From: Truepera sp.
Lineage (GTDB): Bacteria; Deinococcota; Deinococci; Deinococcales; Trueperaceae
Reading direction: 5' to 3'
DNA length: 64,000 bases
Assembly (NCBI GenBank): GCA_965218435.1
Contig: CBDCKW010000009.1
Span: forward strand, 2,208,001-2,272,000
Below the pieces are notes generated by a model. It searched no databases. It saw only the letters and a list, made by a program, of their open reading frames with translations, and had not been told where the DNA came from. The position numbers and the translations under genes are program-made. Each line of letters opens with the position of its first letter. The stretch's first letter is position 1. This document shows, in pieces, positions 19,966 through 30,612 of the stretch.

Positions 19966-20817
19966 ATGAACAGCCAAGTTGTAGAAACTTCAAAAGGTCG
20001 GATTGAATATGTCGTTAGAGGCGCGGGTAAAACATGTTTACTTCTACACGGCGGACATTCCAACTGCTTTGAGGATTTTGGAACTGAAGAGATACTCTCT
20101 GCCCACATGTCAGCCTTGATCCCTTCAAGGCCGGGTTACGGACGGACACCCGCGAACGTCGGCATAACAGCGTCCGAAGCAGCAGACGCTATAATTACTC
20201 TGCTAGACAAGCTTTCTCTCTCTACTGTAGCTGTTATAGCAGTATCGGCGGGCGGTCCCACGGGACTCTATTTAGCAGCCAACTACCCTAAAAGAGTGAC
20301 TAAATTAGTGCTCGAGTCTGCTGTTACAAAGCGCTGGCTAAAGCCGAATGACAAGCTCTACAAAACGGCTGGACGAATGTTTCATCCGCGAGTCCAAAGC
20401 TTAACTTGGGGGCTTCTAAAGACCTTTTTACAAGTAAACTCAAACTTGATCTTTAAGCAGATGATTCCATCTTTTAGCAAGCTCCAAACGGCAGGTGTTT
20501 TAACAGCTTTATCCAAAAGCGACAAAGCTGCTTTCAAAAAGATGCTTCTCCATATGTCTGCCGGTCACGGTTTCATACTTGACATTGAACACGATATACC
20601 GACCGAGTTACTGCAAAAAATTAGCACACCTACGCTGATCGTCCATAGCAAGAATGATAATTCTGTTGACTTTGGACATCCGCATCACGCCCAAGCGAAT
20701 ATAAAAAACGCCGAGTTATTTGAAGCTGAGACGTGGGGGCATCTTATTTGGTTAGGTCAAGGTAGTGACGAAGCCATAGAAAAGGTTACGAACTTTCTGC
20801 TCGAGCCGTCTAACTAG
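19966..20817 (+). CDS. Alpha/beta hydrolase
   Basis: LLHGG, RPGYG, AVSAGG nucleophile elbow, D...GH; AT-rich. Confidence 0.88.
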   Translation: MNSQVVETSKGRIEYVVRGAGKTCLLLHGGHSNCFEDFGTEEILSAHMSALIPSRPGYGRTPANVGITASEAADAIITLLDKLSLSTVAVIAVSAGGPTGLYLAANYPKRVTKLVLESAVTKRWLKPNDKLYKTAGRMFHPRVQSLTWGLLKTFLQVNSNLIFKQMIPSFSKLQTAGVLTALSKSDKAAFKKMLLHMSAGHGFILDIEHDIPTELLQKISTPTLIVHSKNDNSVDFGHPHHAQANIKNAELFEAETWGHLIWLGQGSDEAIEKVTNFLLEPSN

Positions 20818-20843
20818 ACCTTCTAACCATCAAGCTCGAGCCG

Positions 20844-21488
20844 TTAATCAACCGCCAGCTGCGCGTCAAGCTGGGCGCGGAGTTCTTTATAACTCGGCGC
20901 TTCGAGGCCCCGGCTACCGATGATGACTGAGGGTGTACCCGTTACGCCGACATAATCAGCCAGGGTCATATCGCGGGTGACTTCAGGCTGAGTTTGTCCC
21001 TCGGTGATACAGGTTTTTAGAGAGGTGGGCTCGAGCCCCTCAACGCTCCCGGCCACTTCAACCACCTTGTCCAGCGTCGCCCAACCGTCGGCTCCTTGTG
21101 CGGCAAAGAGGGCACGCTTGTAGGGCCAAAACGCCGCCGGATTTTGCTTGAAAGCACACTCCCCGGCGCGGCCCGCCGTCACTGCCGTGTCGTTACCCCA
21201 AGCCAGGTTGACGTAGTAGACTTCGACCTTGCCGGTATCAATGTAGTCACGTTTTAGCGGTTCAAAGACTTCAGTTTCAAAAAGCTTGCAGCGTTCGCAG
21301 AGAAAGTTTTCAAACAAGACGACTTTGACGGGTGCGCGTGTATTGCCAAGCGTCGGTTGCCCTTCATAACCGCTAGTTTGAACCTCGAGGTTCGGCGCTG
21401 GCCTGAGTTGCAAGTATAAAAACGCGCCCAACGCCGCGATAACGACGATAGCGGCAGTTATCAAGGTAAAACGCTGAGTTCGGGTCAC
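20844..21488 (-). CDS. DsbA/BdbD-like thioredoxin
   Basis: N-terminal TM segment, CERC, GVTGTP. Confidence 0.9.
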   Translation of the reverse strand: MTRTQRFTLITAAIVVIAALGAFLYLQLRPAPNLEVQTSGYEGQPTLGNTRAPVKVVLFENFLCERCKLFETEVFEPLKRDYIDTGKVEVYYVNLAWGNDTAVTAGRAGECAFKQNPAAFWPYKRALFAAQGADGWATLDKVVEVAGSVEGLEPTSLKTCITEGQTQPEVTRDMTLADYVGVTGTPSVIIGSRGLEAPSYKELRAQLDAQLAVD

Positions 21489-21543
21489 TACTCACAAGTT
21501 TGACACGGGGGCTGAGGGCATATGTCCTGTTACGCCCCCCCAA

Positions 21544-22167
21544 CTATCCCTGCGCTTGATGCCGCTCCGAGAGCTTCGTTGCTACATCCTGCAAACTCAC
21601 GCCGCTCTCTTTTAATAAAACGGTCAGGTGAAAGAGCAGATCAGCCGCCTCTCCAATGAGTTCATCGGGTTTGTGCTCGAGCGCCGCCACAATGCTCTCC
21701 CCCGCTTCTTCAACGACCTTTTGCGACACGTAGCCAAGGCCCCGGCCATGAAGCTTGGCGACGTACGAGCCTTCCGGCAGGTCTTTTAAGCGGATTTCGA
21801 CCACGCGTTCTAAGGTGCCCATCATCTCACCGATACCGGGCGGGGTGGGCTCACCTAAACTGCGGTAAAAGCAGCTGTACTCACCCGTGTGACACGCCGC
21901 GCCGGTCTGCTGCACGCGGTAGAGGAGCGCGTCTTCGTCACAGTCGTAACGGATTTCGACGATTTTTTGAATGTGTCCGCTGGTTGCGCCTTTGTGCCAA
22001 AGTTTACCGCGCGAGCGGCTGTAGTAGTGCGCTTCACGAGTTTGCAGCGTTTTTTCCAGCGCCTCGAGGTTCGCGTACGCGAGCATCAAGACCTGACCGG
22101 TCGCAGCGTCTTGCGTCACAACCGGAACGAGGCCGCGTTCGTCAAAAGAGAGGGTAGAAACGTCCAT
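21544..22167 (-). CDS. hisIE: Bifunctional PR-AMP cyclohydrolase / PR-ATP pyrophosphatase
   Basis: [35 protein letters not shown]. Confidence 0.96.
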   Translation of the reverse strand: MDVSTLSFDERGLVPVVTQDAATGQVLMLAYANLEALEKTLQTREAHYYSRSRGKLWHKGATSGHIQKIVEIRYDCDEDALLYRVQQTGAACHTGEYSCFYRSLGEPTPPGIGEMMGTLERVVEIRLKDLPEGSYVAKLHGRGLGYVSQKVVEEAGESIVAALEHKPDELIGEAADLLFHLTVLLKESGVSLQDVATKLSERHQAQG

Positions 22168-22209
22168 CAGGCTAGTGTAACGCGGCCCCCGTAATGTCAG
22201 CGCCAAAGA

Positions 22210-22704
22210 TCAAATCTCGTCCAAAACTACAGCACCGCCGACAGCAGCGAGCGCGTCTTCGGTCAGCGCCACCGGCAAATCGGGCAGGTTTTGCGCGTGC
22301 GTCAGGTAGCGGCGCAGATAGTAAAACGCGTAGCTACCGGCCACCGCGCCAAGTGCGCCGACGATTGCCCCGGTCCGCACGCTCTGACCGGCTGAACGCC
22401 CCAACGCTGCGCCGCAGAGTGCCCCTGACAGTGCCCGCCCGGTAAGGGCTCCCGGCTCCGTACGCGCGGGCGTTTGCGGCAACTTGTCGGCAATCAGTTC
22501 ACCGGCTGCCGCAACTTTGAGAAAGTTCGCCGTTCTAGGTGAAGCCATAAAATTGAGGGCACCTAGCGCCGTCTCTCTGCGCCCGGTGACCCCTTGCCCG
22601 CTCAGCTTGTGCGCGACGAGCGCCGGACCGAACGTTGAACGCATCCCGCACACGACGCCGATCACAAACGTTTGGATAGCTGTATTAGAAGATGTACCAG
22701 ACAT
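22210..22704 (-). CDS. DUF4126-like membrane protein
   Basis: GMRS..P, GELIADKLP.TP.R, ALTEDA; ATG 22704 follows TACTAT. Confidence 0.75.
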   Translation of the reverse strand: MSGTSSNTAIQTFVIGVVCGMRSTFGPALVAHKLSGQGVTGRRETALGALNFMASPRTANFLKVAAAGELIADKLPQTPARTEPGALTGRALSGALCGAALGRSAGQSVRTGAIVGALGAVAGSYAFYYLRRYLTHAQNLPDLPVALTEDALAAVGGAVVLDEI

Positions 22705-22805
22705 AGCCAGATAGTAGACGTAATAGGCGCGAAAAAAAGCTGTTTGGCGCTCGTTTGCGCCCAAACTTGACTTATATATCTTTTTGATATACAACTTATC
22801 TAGCT

Positions 22806-23372
22806 ATGAGCAAGGTCAACAAAAGCCAATTCGCCATCCTCGGTATTCTCGGACTAGGGCCGCACTCGGGGTACGACATCAAGAAGCTGACCGACCTCAG
22901 CACCCGACACTTTTGGGCCGAGAACTACGGCAGCCTCTACCCGACGCTTAAACGGCTCGAGCAGGCGGGCCTAGCCACCGTCCAGCGTGAGGCGCAAGAC
23001 GGCAAACCCGACCGCAAGGTCTACACCATCACCGAGGCGGGGCGAGAGGTGTTGCAGAGTTGGCTCGAGTCACCTGTCCAAGAAACGCCGCCGCGCAGTG
23101 AACTCTTGCTCAAGCTTTTTTTAGGCCGTCAGACAACTCTCGAGGTCAGCGTCATACATTTGGAGAGGTTCCGAACAGAACAGACCGAACTCATCGTCAC
23201 GTACCAGGGGCTCGAGCGGTGGCTCGAGCTCGAGCAAGCCGGTGACCCCAACCTCCCGTACTGGCTTTTGACCCTCTCTTACGGTCGGGTTCAGGCCGAG
23301 GCGCTTAAAGGGTGGAGCGAGGCGAGCCTCGAGACCTTACAACGCGTCGCCCAAAAGGAGCACGATGACTAA
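22806..23372 (+). CDS. PadR-family regulator
   Basis: HSGYDI, GSLYPTL, KVYTITEAG, LLLKLF; ATATC-n5-GATAT palindrome in the promoter. Confidence 0.93.
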   Translation: MSKVNKSQFAILGILGLGPHSGYDIKKLTDLSTRHFWAENYGSLYPTLKRLEQAGLATVQREAQDGKPDRKVYTITEAGREVLQSWLESPVQETPPRSELLLKLFLGRQTTLEVSVIHLERFRTEQTELIVTYQGLERWLELEQAGDPNLPYWLLTLSYGRVQAEALKGWSEASLETLQRVAQKEHDD

Positions 23373-23898
23373 TCCGCTTTTACACACGGTACTTATCTAC
23401 GGTCACGCGCTTGGCGGCTTGGTCGCCTTCGGACTCGGGTGCCTGGTGTTGCGCCCACAGCAAAAAGAATCCGCCGTATTTCGCGCTTACTTTGTCTCGC
23501 TTTGGGCGATGGTAGTGCTGCTCGCCCTCGTCGTCGGGGTTGATTGGGCGGAGCTTCAGCCGGTCAGCCGGGTTACGTTTGGCGGCCTTACCCTGCTCGC
23601 GCTCTATACCGGGCTGAGAGGCCAGCAGGCGCGGCGTCTTCTCTCTAGTCAAATCTCTAGTCAAACCGCTGATTGGCAGAGCGATTATGTAGGTCACATC
23701 GGGTTTACACTTATCTCACTGTTTGACGGGTTTGTCATCGTCGGGGCGCTCGACATGAACGCGCCGGGTTGGTTTGTTGGCATAGTTGGCGTGCTCGGTG
23801 TGGTTGTGGGGATCAGCGCGATCAATCTGGTTAAAAGTCATCTCAAAAACTCCTTTCAGGCTGAGTCCCAAAAGGAGTTGGCCGAGCTAGGCGAGTAA
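23365..23898 (+). CDS. Multi-pass membrane protein
   Basis: About 5 hydrophobic segments; overlaps the padR stop. Confidence 0.75.
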   Translation: MTNPLLHTVLIYGHALGGLVAFGLGCLVLRPQQKESAVFRAYFVSLWAMVVLLALVVGVDWAELQPVSRVTFGGLTLLALYTGLRGQQARRLLSSQISSQTADWQSDYVGHIGFTLISLFDGFVIVGALDMNAPGWFVGIVGVLGVVVGISAINLVKSHLKNSFQAESQKELAELGE

Positions 23899-23988
23899 GC
23901 TAGGACACTCTCAGCCTAGGAAATCTTTGAGATAGGTTCTAAAAAGTGGGGCTACCGGCTTATCCTCAGCGAGCTTGGGCTGCAAACG

Positions 23989-24016
23989 CGCCGCGAGTCG
24001 GTCGCGACTCGCGGCG
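23989..24016. terminator. GC-rich hairpin (possible terminator)
   Basis: CGCCGCGAGTCG-GTCG-CGACTCGCGGCG; weak U tract. Confidence 0.5.
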
Positions 24017-24104
24017 GTAATCTTTAACGGTAAGTAACCGTGACGAAGCTCTCCAAAACCCCGTTTGTAAGAAGTTTGTGACAATTCGCGCCTATGCTAA
24101 GACT

Positions 24105-26078
24105 ATGGTGTCTGCGCTGTTAGCTCGTCTCCGGCATAGCTATCTGGGCCGGTCCACTCAGGCCAAAAGTGGCGTAGTATTTCATCCGGGCTGGCGGCGC
24201 GCCCTGCTCATTACTGTTCCCTTTACAGTCCTCGCCTTTGTCCTTGGTATCGTCTTTGAGTTCGCCGGTCACACCGACCTGTTTGACCTTATTGCGTACA
24301 GTTTGAGTGTCGCTGCGCTGCTCGGCTTCGAGTTGCTGCTCCTCTTTTGTCCTCAGCAGGTCGTGTCCCTGGCGGCGATGATGATCAGCGGCGTCAGCGT
24401 TTTTTTACTTTCTAAACTCGTCTTCGTACTCTTTTTAGCGCCACCCGGTACCAACGTTTTGGGGGAGTTGACCGAATCTTTTTTTTGGGCACCGATAGGC
24501 TATATCGCCGCTTTTTTAATTCCCGGCGTCCGTTGGGGGCGTCTCGGCATCGTTTTGTTCGGTGTGCTGATGCCCGTCGTCAGTGCGGTTTACCTCATCT
24601 TCCAACCCACCGGGCCGGTTCAGCTCGAGGTTGTTTACGCGCTGGTGCAGTTTAACTTAGCCAACTTTGTAATGATCTTGCTGATACGCCTGTTTGCCCT
24701 GTTTCATTCGCGCTTCGCTCAGGTTCAAAACCATAGCGTAGTGATGGAACAACTTGCCCACACCGATACCCTGACAGGGTTGCCCAACCGCTTAACCCTC
24801 GAGGCGGCGCTCAAAACTGCACTGGACAAAAAGCGTCCATTCGCCCTTATTTTTATCGACCTCGACCGCTTCAAAAGGATCAACGACACCCAAGGACACG
24901 CGTCAGGCGACGAGCTGCTCGCCAAAGTCGCCGAACGTCTTAAAGCGATCAGCAGACCGGGCGACACTTTGGCCCGGGTCAGTGGCGACGAGTTCGTCCT
25001 GCTCGCTTACGAGGTAGGTGATGACCGGGCGGCGTGGGAAACGGCGCAAAAGCTGCAGAAAAGTTTCTCCCAACCTTTTGTGGTCGCGCAGCAACATCTG
25101 CGCGTCACTGCCAGCCTCGGGTTTTGCCTCTACCCTCAAGACGCAGGCGACGCCAACACGCTGTTGCGCCACGCCGACAGCGCGATGTACCGCGCCAAAG
25201 CCGCCGGACGTGACGGCCTCAGCCGCTTCTCCCTCAAAGACACCGACACCGAACGGTTGCGGACGCTTGAAAAAGAGTTGGAGGGGGCCGAAGCGCGGGG
25301 CGAACTTAACCTCGTGTTTCAGCCGCTTTACAGCCTGGAGAGCGGCCAACTCGTCAGGGTCGAGGCGCTTTTGCGCTGGCAACACCCGGAGTGGGGCGTA
25401 GTCTCCCCCGAGGTGTTTATCCCGCTCGCCGAAGAGTCCGGGGTCATCGTTCCTATCGGGCGCTGGGTGCTGCACAGCGCCCTGCAGACCCTCGCCGCGT
25501 GGCGGCGCGCCGGGTTTGCCAAGATTGTCATGAGCGTCAATATTTCGCCGGTCCAGCTGACCCAAGTGGGCTTTTTTGCCGAGGTGACCCAGGCGCTTCG
25601 CACAAACGGCCTCTCAGGGGGTGACCTCGAGCTTGAAATCACCGAACGCACCGTGCTGCACAATACCGAAGAGGTGATCAGCATCTTGACGCGGCTACAG
25701 GCGCTGGGCGTGCGAATTGCGATGGACGACTTTGGCACAGGGTACTCGTCTCTAGGCTATCTGAGAGACTTGCCGCTCGATACTATCAAGATAGACCGCT
25801 CGTTTGTTAGAGACCTCGCGCAGCCGCTTCTCGCGCCGCACTACGCCGTCGCGCTCGTCAGGGCTATCGCTTCGGTAGCCGAGACGCTTGACTTAGAAAT
25901 CGTCGCTGAAGGCGTTGAAACCGAAGAGACGGCCAAGACGCTTAAACAGCTCGGCTGCCACCTAGCGCAAGGCTCCTTTTTCGCACGGCCGCTACCTGAA
26001 GACGAAGTTCGGGTTCTGCTGCCCCTCAACCAGAGCAAGGTAAGTAACGCCGGACACAAACGTGCGCTGGCCAATTGA
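24105..26078 (+). CDS. Membrane-anchored GGDEF-EAL protein
   Basis: TM N-terminus, DLDRFKRIND, SGDEF, EALLRW, DDFGTG; ATG 24105 follows TATGCT. Confidence 0.93.
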   Translation: MVSALLARLRHSYLGRSTQAKSGVVFHPGWRRALLITVPFTVLAFVLGIVFEFAGHTDLFDLIAYSLSVAALLGFELLLLFCPQQVVSLAAMMISGVSVFLLSKLVFVLFLAPPGTNVLGELTESFFWAPIGYIAAFLIPGVRWGRLGIVLFGVLMPVVSAVYLIFQPTGPVQLEVVYALVQFNLANFVMILLIRLFALFHSRFAQVQNHSVVMEQLAHTDTLTGLPNRLTLEAALKTALDKKRPFALIFIDLDRFKRINDTQGHASGDELLAKVAERLKAISRPGDTLARVSGDEFVLLAYEVGDDRAAWETAQKLQKSFSQPFVVAQQHLRVTASLGFCLYPQDAGDANTLLRHADSAMYRAKAAGRDGLSRFSLKDTDTERLRTLEKELEGAEARGELNLVFQPLYSLESGQLVRVEALLRWQHPEWGVVSPEVFIPLAEESGVIVPIGRWVLHSALQTLAAWRRAGFAKIVMSVNISPVQLTQVGFFAEVTQALRTNGLSGGDLELEITERTVLHNTEEVISILTRLQALGVRIAMDDFGTGYSSLGYLRDLPLDTIKIDRSFVRDLAQPLLAPHYAVALVRAIASVAETLDLEIVAEGVETEETAKTLKQLGCHLAQGSFFARPLPEDEVRVLLPLNQSKVSNAGHKRALAN

Positions 26079-26309
26079 GCCGCGCCCACAGCTTTCTCTG
26101 CTTTAGCCGTACCTGATTAGGCTTGGGCGTAAGAGAGCATTTCTAACCTTTGAGGCTGCCGTTTCGCCCAACCAACAGTTAAGCCCATCACGTCACCTTT
26201 ATAAACAGAGGCGTAGAACCCCACGAATGAGCTGACGACGAACCGTTGCCTTTGCAGCTGGCTCTAAGTACCGGTAGCGTCAAGGCCGTCCAGGTTACCT
26301 CAGGTCACG

Positions 26310-28211
26310 CTAAAGCTCGACTTGCGTCCCTAATTCAACGACTTGGCCGGGAGGCAGATGATAAAACGACGAGGCCGAGAGCGCGTTACGTGACATCACG
26401 GCAAAGAGGCGTTCGCGCCAGAGGGCCATTCCGGGGCGGTTGGTCGCAAACACTGTCTCCCGCCCGACAAAGTAAGTCACATCCGAAAGCGCGATTTCAG
26501 CTCCGTTGGGCCATACGCTTCTCAGGACGCGCGGGACGTTGGGCTGCTCCATAAAGCCGAAATGCATCACCACCTGATAGAACTCGTTACCGAGCGGCGT
26601 CAGCGTCACACGCTGCGAGCGTTTGACACGCGGCCGCTCTTCAGTTTTGACCGAGAGCAAAATCACCCGTTCGTGCAGCACTTTGTTCGTTTTGAGGTTT
26701 TGCGCGAGCGAATAGGGCGTATGCACCGGCGAACGGAACATAAAGATCGCCGTACCCGGCACCCGGTTGGGTGGGTGTTCGGTAATTTCACCCAAAAACT
26801 GCCCAAGCGGTTCGACGCGTTCGTCGAGGCGCTCGGATAAGATCAGGCGGCCCCGTTTCCACGTACTCAGCAGCGTAAACACGACAGCTGCCACCAAGAG
26901 CGGAAACCAGCCTCCCTGCGGCACTTTGAGGATGTTCGCCCCGAAAAAAGACAGGTCAACGACGAGTAACAGAGCTGCGAGTAGGGTTGCGCCAAAGATG
27001 TTCCAGTGCCACCGTTCGCGGGCAACGACGTAAAAGAGGATGGTCGTAATCACCATATCGGTCGAGACGCCAACGCCGTACGCCGCCGCCAAATTCGACG
27101 ACGAGCGGAAGCCCAACACCAGACCGATACACGCGATCATCAAAATCCAGTTGATCGAGGGGATATAGACCTGACCGAACTCACGTGATGAGGTGTGCCG
27201 GATGGCTAGGCGCGGGATATAGCCGAGCTGAACCGCCTGCATAGTGAGCGAAAACGCTCCCGAAATCAGGGCTTGTGAGGCGATCACCGTCGCCATCGTT
27301 GCCAGAATCACCACCGGGTAAAGGCCCCACTCGGGGACCATCCGGTAAAAGGGGTTGAGAGCAGCTTCAGGGTCGCCTAAAATTAGCGCACCTTGGCCGA
27401 AGTAGTTTAAGAGCAGCGCCGGGAGCACCAGCACGAGCCACGCGAGGCGAATCGGGCGTTTGCCGAAGTGACCCATATCGGTATAGAGCGCCTCACCGCC
27501 GGTAACGACCAAAAACACCGAACCGAGAACAAAAAATCCAACCGCACCATTTTGTATAAAAAAGCGGAGCCCATAAAAGGGGCTGATAGCGACGAGCACG
27601 TCGGGCCGCTGCACGATTTGGACAAGACCCAGCACAGCGAGCGTGGAGAACCACAAAATCATAATGGGGCCGAACACCCGGCCGACGCTGCCGGTCCCGA
27701 GGCGCTGCGTGGCAAAGAGTAAGACCAAAATTCCAATCGTAATCGGAATGATGTAGGGGTCAAAAAACGGCGTCGCCACGCCTAGCCCTTCAACGGCGCT
27801 TAAAACTGAAATCGCCGGAGTAATCATCCCGTCGCCGTAAAGGAGCGACGCGCCGAACAGCCCGAGGATCACCAGTAGCCAGCGGCCCCCGCCACGTTTG
27901 ACCTGCAGCGGCGTCACGAGTGAGGTCAGGGCCAAGATACCCCCCTCACCGTGATTGTCGGCTCTCGTGACGAAGCTGATGTACTTGATGGTAATGACAA
28001 TAATCAGCGACCAAAAGATTAAAGACAAGATACCAAGCACATTGCCGGGCGTTGGCACAAGACCGTAATGCTCACCCAAGGACTCACGAAAGGCGTAGAG
28101 CGGGCTCGTCCCGATGTCGCCGTAAACGACGCCTAGTGCGCCGAGTGCGAGCAGATAGAGATAACGGCCGTGCGGCGTTTTGGTGTGATCTGTTTCATTG
28201 TCAAACGACAT
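26310..28211 (-). CDS. kup: Potassium transporter Kup
   Basis: GVVYGDIGTSPLY, GEGG, TPAISVLSAVEG, DMGHFG. Confidence 0.97.
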   Translation of the reverse strand: MSFDNETDHTKTPHGRYLYLLALGALGVVYGDIGTSPLYAFRESLGEHYGLVPTPGNVLGILSLIFWSLIIVITIKYISFVTRADNHGEGGILALTSLVTPLQVKRGGGRWLLVILGLFGASLLYGDGMITPAISVLSAVEGLGVATPFFDPYIIPITIGILVLLFATQRLGTGSVGRVFGPIMILWFSTLAVLGLVQIVQRPDVLVAISPFYGLRFFIQNGAVGFFVLGSVFLVVTGGEALYTDMGHFGKRPIRLAWLVLVLPALLLNYFGQGALILGDPEAALNPFYRMVPEWGLYPVVILATMATVIASQALISGAFSLTMQAVQLGYIPRLAIRHTSSREFGQVYIPSINWILMIACIGLVLGFRSSSNLAAAYGVGVSTDMVITTILFYVVARERWHWNIFGATLLAALLLVVDLSFFGANILKVPQGGWFPLLVAAVVFTLLSTWKRGRLILSERLDERVEPLGQFLGEITEHPPNRVPGTAIFMFRSPVHTPYSLAQNLKTNKVLHERVILLSVKTEERPRVKRSQRVTLTPLGNEFYQVVMHFGFMEQPNVPRVLRSVWPNGAEIALSDVTYFVGRETVFATNRPGMALWRERLFAVMSRNALSASSFYHLPPGQVVELGTQVEL

Positions 28212-28367
28212 TCATACCCCTTACCGCTCACGACATTAACACATCGTTCCAGCTCTAAGAGGGATATTCTTACCACCATCTTGACGCCCCACTTAGTCCT
28301 TTACCCGGAGCGATAGTTAACACCTCGAGACAAGCTGTTAAGCGGCCCAAAGGCGTATCGTAAACGT

Positions 28368-28955
28368 ATGCGTTTTACTCTTTTAACGTTGATGTTGGTT
28401 CTCTCTGGACTTACCGGACTACAGACAGCGGCGGCCCACGCGACAATCGTTTTGGGGCACTTTGAGGTCTTACCTGAACGCCCCGCTGAGGGCGCGCCGC
28501 TCGAGCTCCGGCTAAAGCTCGAGGACCCCACCCAAGTTCCGATTCAAGACGCCGTCGTCTTGGCCGACCTGCGCCCTGTCAGAAGGCCGCACGCCGAACC
28601 CACTCGCGCCGAGTTTAGCGAAACTCAAACCCCCGGTACCTATGAGGCGACGGCAACCTTGGCGCAGCCCGGCCCGTACCGAATCGTGCTCCGCGACCAG
28701 ACCTACCGGCAAGAAGAGGCGACGGCGACGCTCGCTGAGCCCTTACGGATTGGAAACTCAGGCCCCGCACGAGCCAATTCTGCCCAAGACTTTAACTTTC
28801 CGCCGACTGCGACCGGTTCAGCAGGGTGGCGCACCTGGCTGTTATGGCTGCTCGGCCTACCGATTGTCGCCGCGCTGCTCGTTACCGTTTTGGTTTTGAC
28901 GCGAGGGAATAACGAAGAAACCAAGAAGGCTACGAAATCCGGCAAAGCCTCATAA
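28368..28955 (+). CDS. Exported Ig-like (YtkA-like) protein with a C-terminal TM anchor
   Basis: Signal peptide AAA/H, PG.Y beta-sandwich pattern, C-terminal TM segment. Confidence 0.65.
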   Translation: MRFTLLTLMLVLSGLTGLQTAAAHATIVLGHFEVLPERPAEGAPLELRLKLEDPTQVPIQDAVVLADLRPVRRPHAEPTRAEFSETQTPGTYEATATLAQPGPYRIVLRDQTYRQEEATATLAEPLRIGNSGPARANSAQDFNFPPTATGSAGWRTWLLWLLGLPIVAALLVTVLVLTRGNNEETKKATKSGKAS

Positions 28956-29687
28956 GTGAGCCTGTTCGACCAGACCTCCGGGACGCTGCTGAACCTCGTG
29001 ACGGTGCTCGTCGGCTCAACCCTTGGGCTCTCTTTACGCGGGCGTTTGCCCGAACGGGTGGTCACCACGACGATGCAAGCCATCGGCCTCACCACGCTCT
29101 TTATCGGGATCGGTAACGCCTTTGACCTGAACAAAGTAAGCGAGCCGCCGGGGGTGATTTTGGCGTTGATGGCGCTCGCACTCGGCGGCATTTTAGGCGA
29201 GTGGTGGCGTATTGAAGAGGGTTTGGAAGGTCTCGGCGAAACGCTTAAACGCCGCTTTAAGGGGCAAGGGCGCTTTACCGAAGGGTTTGTGGCCTCGAGC
29301 CTGCTGTTCTGCGTCGGACCCCTAACCCTGATCGGCTCGGTCCAAAACGGCCTCGCCGGGGACAATTCATTTTTAGTCTTAAAGTCAACGTTGGACGGGT
29401 TTGCCGCGCTCGCGCTCTCGGCAACGTTCGGGTTCGGCGTCATCTTTTCAACCGTGGTGATCGCGCTCTATCAGGGCACATTGTCGCTCGCTGCCGGACG
29501 TTTTGCCGCGCTGATTCCCGACCCCTCGAGCGACCCACGCGTGCTGCTCGTCAACGGCGTCGGCGGGATTATGATCGTCGGGCTCGGCTTTAACCTCTTA
29601 GAGCTTAAGCGGATTCGGGTGGCGAGTTTGCTGCCGTCACTTGCGCTGGTTGTAGTGCTTTACTATCTAGGTTTACGTTTGTACTGA
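28956..29687 (+). CDS. DUF554 (YdfK-like) membrane protein
   Basis: GT.LN, EGFVASSLLFCVGP, KSTLDG. Confidence 0.9.
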   Translation: MSLFDQTSGTLLNLVTVLVGSTLGLSLRGRLPERVVTTTMQAIGLTTLFIGIGNAFDLNKVSEPPGVILALMALALGGILGEWWRIEEGLEGLGETLKRRFKGQGRFTEGFVASSLLFCVGPLTLIGSVQNGLAGDNSFLVLKSTLDGFAALALSATFGFGVIFSTVVIALYQGTLSLAAGRFAALIPDPSSDPRVLLVNGVGGIMIVGLGFNLLELKRIRVASLLPSLALVVVLYYLGLRLY

Positions 29688-29778
29688 CTTACTCATGATA
29701 TACTCACAGCAGACAGCAGAAAGTCACTGCCGCTCTTACTGCGCTGCTTTTTGACGTGCTGTCATCTGGAGGCAAAAG

Positions 29779-30555
29779 GTGAAGCGTTTTATAGCGTGGT
29801 TTGTCTTAGGGCTGCTCTCTCTAACTTGGGCACAACTCGACCCAGAAGCCGCACCATTTTTAGATTACGGTAGGGCGCTGCAACGTGCGGAAAAGCCAGG
29901 AACCTTAGTGGTTACCCTCTGCATAACCGGCTATCAAAACGGCAACGCGCAACCGGAACTGTGTACACATAGCGCCATAGATTACGTCAAAAGGCGCATG
30001 GCGGTCCGTATCACCGCACGTGAAGAGCCACGCTACAACAGCAATATGGTTTATCAAGACGGTCGCATCTATATGACAGACTTCGGGACAGACAAACTCG
30101 TGATGATGCCGCCAGAGCAGGCAGAGCCGATAGCGGAGACTCTGGAAAAGACTTTTGACACGGCTATGCAAAACAATTTTGTCCCGGACCAATTTGACAG
30201 CACCCATTACGACGGCCCGGTCAGCTACGGAAAGGTTATAAAGGGCGAGCAGGTCAGCGCGACGGTGACGTTACCTTTTACTGATCTAAAAGGCTCAGAC
30301 CCGAAACCGACCACCCTGCGCCTTGTTTTTAACGAGAATAAAGTGCTTTTAGGGACACTTACGCCGACGGATAAGGGGCCACTGCTGTCGGTTATCAATC
30401 ATCCGCAGACCAAAGTGACACCAGCCCAATTTTTCGATACCACGAGTTACCGGCTCGAGGATAAGAAACCCGTGCTGGTGAGTAAAAGCCGCGTCGTTCA
30501 GTTTCAATTTGACAAACCGCTCGACGAAAAGCTTTTTACCGTTCCTCAAAACTAG
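29779..30555 (+). CDS. Secreted hypothetical protein, possible LolA-like fold
   Basis: Signal peptide; C-terminal D.PLDEKLF pattern. Confidence 0.6.
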   Translation: MKRFIAWFVLGLLSLTWAQLDPEAAPFLDYGRALQRAEKPGTLVVTLCITGYQNGNAQPELCTHSAIDYVKRRMAVRITAREEPRYNSNMVYQDGRIYMTDFGTDKLVMMPPEQAEPIAETLEKTFDTAMQNNFVPDQFDSTHYDGPVSYGKVIKGEQVSATVTLPFTDLKGSDPKPTTLRLVFNENKVLLGTLTPTDKGPLLSVINHPQTKVTPAQFFDTTSYRLEDKKPVLVSKSRVVQFQFDKPLDEKLFTVPQN

Positions 30556-30566
30556 CGGCGGCAAAA

Positions 30567-30592
30567 TAGGTGCTCTCGGCTGAGAGCACCTA
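30567..30592. terminator. Terminator between convergent genes
   Basis: TAGGTGCTCTC-GGCT-GAGAGCACCTA flanked by A runs. Confidence 0.75.
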
Positions 30593-30612
30593 AAACTTTA
30601 TGCGGGGTACGT

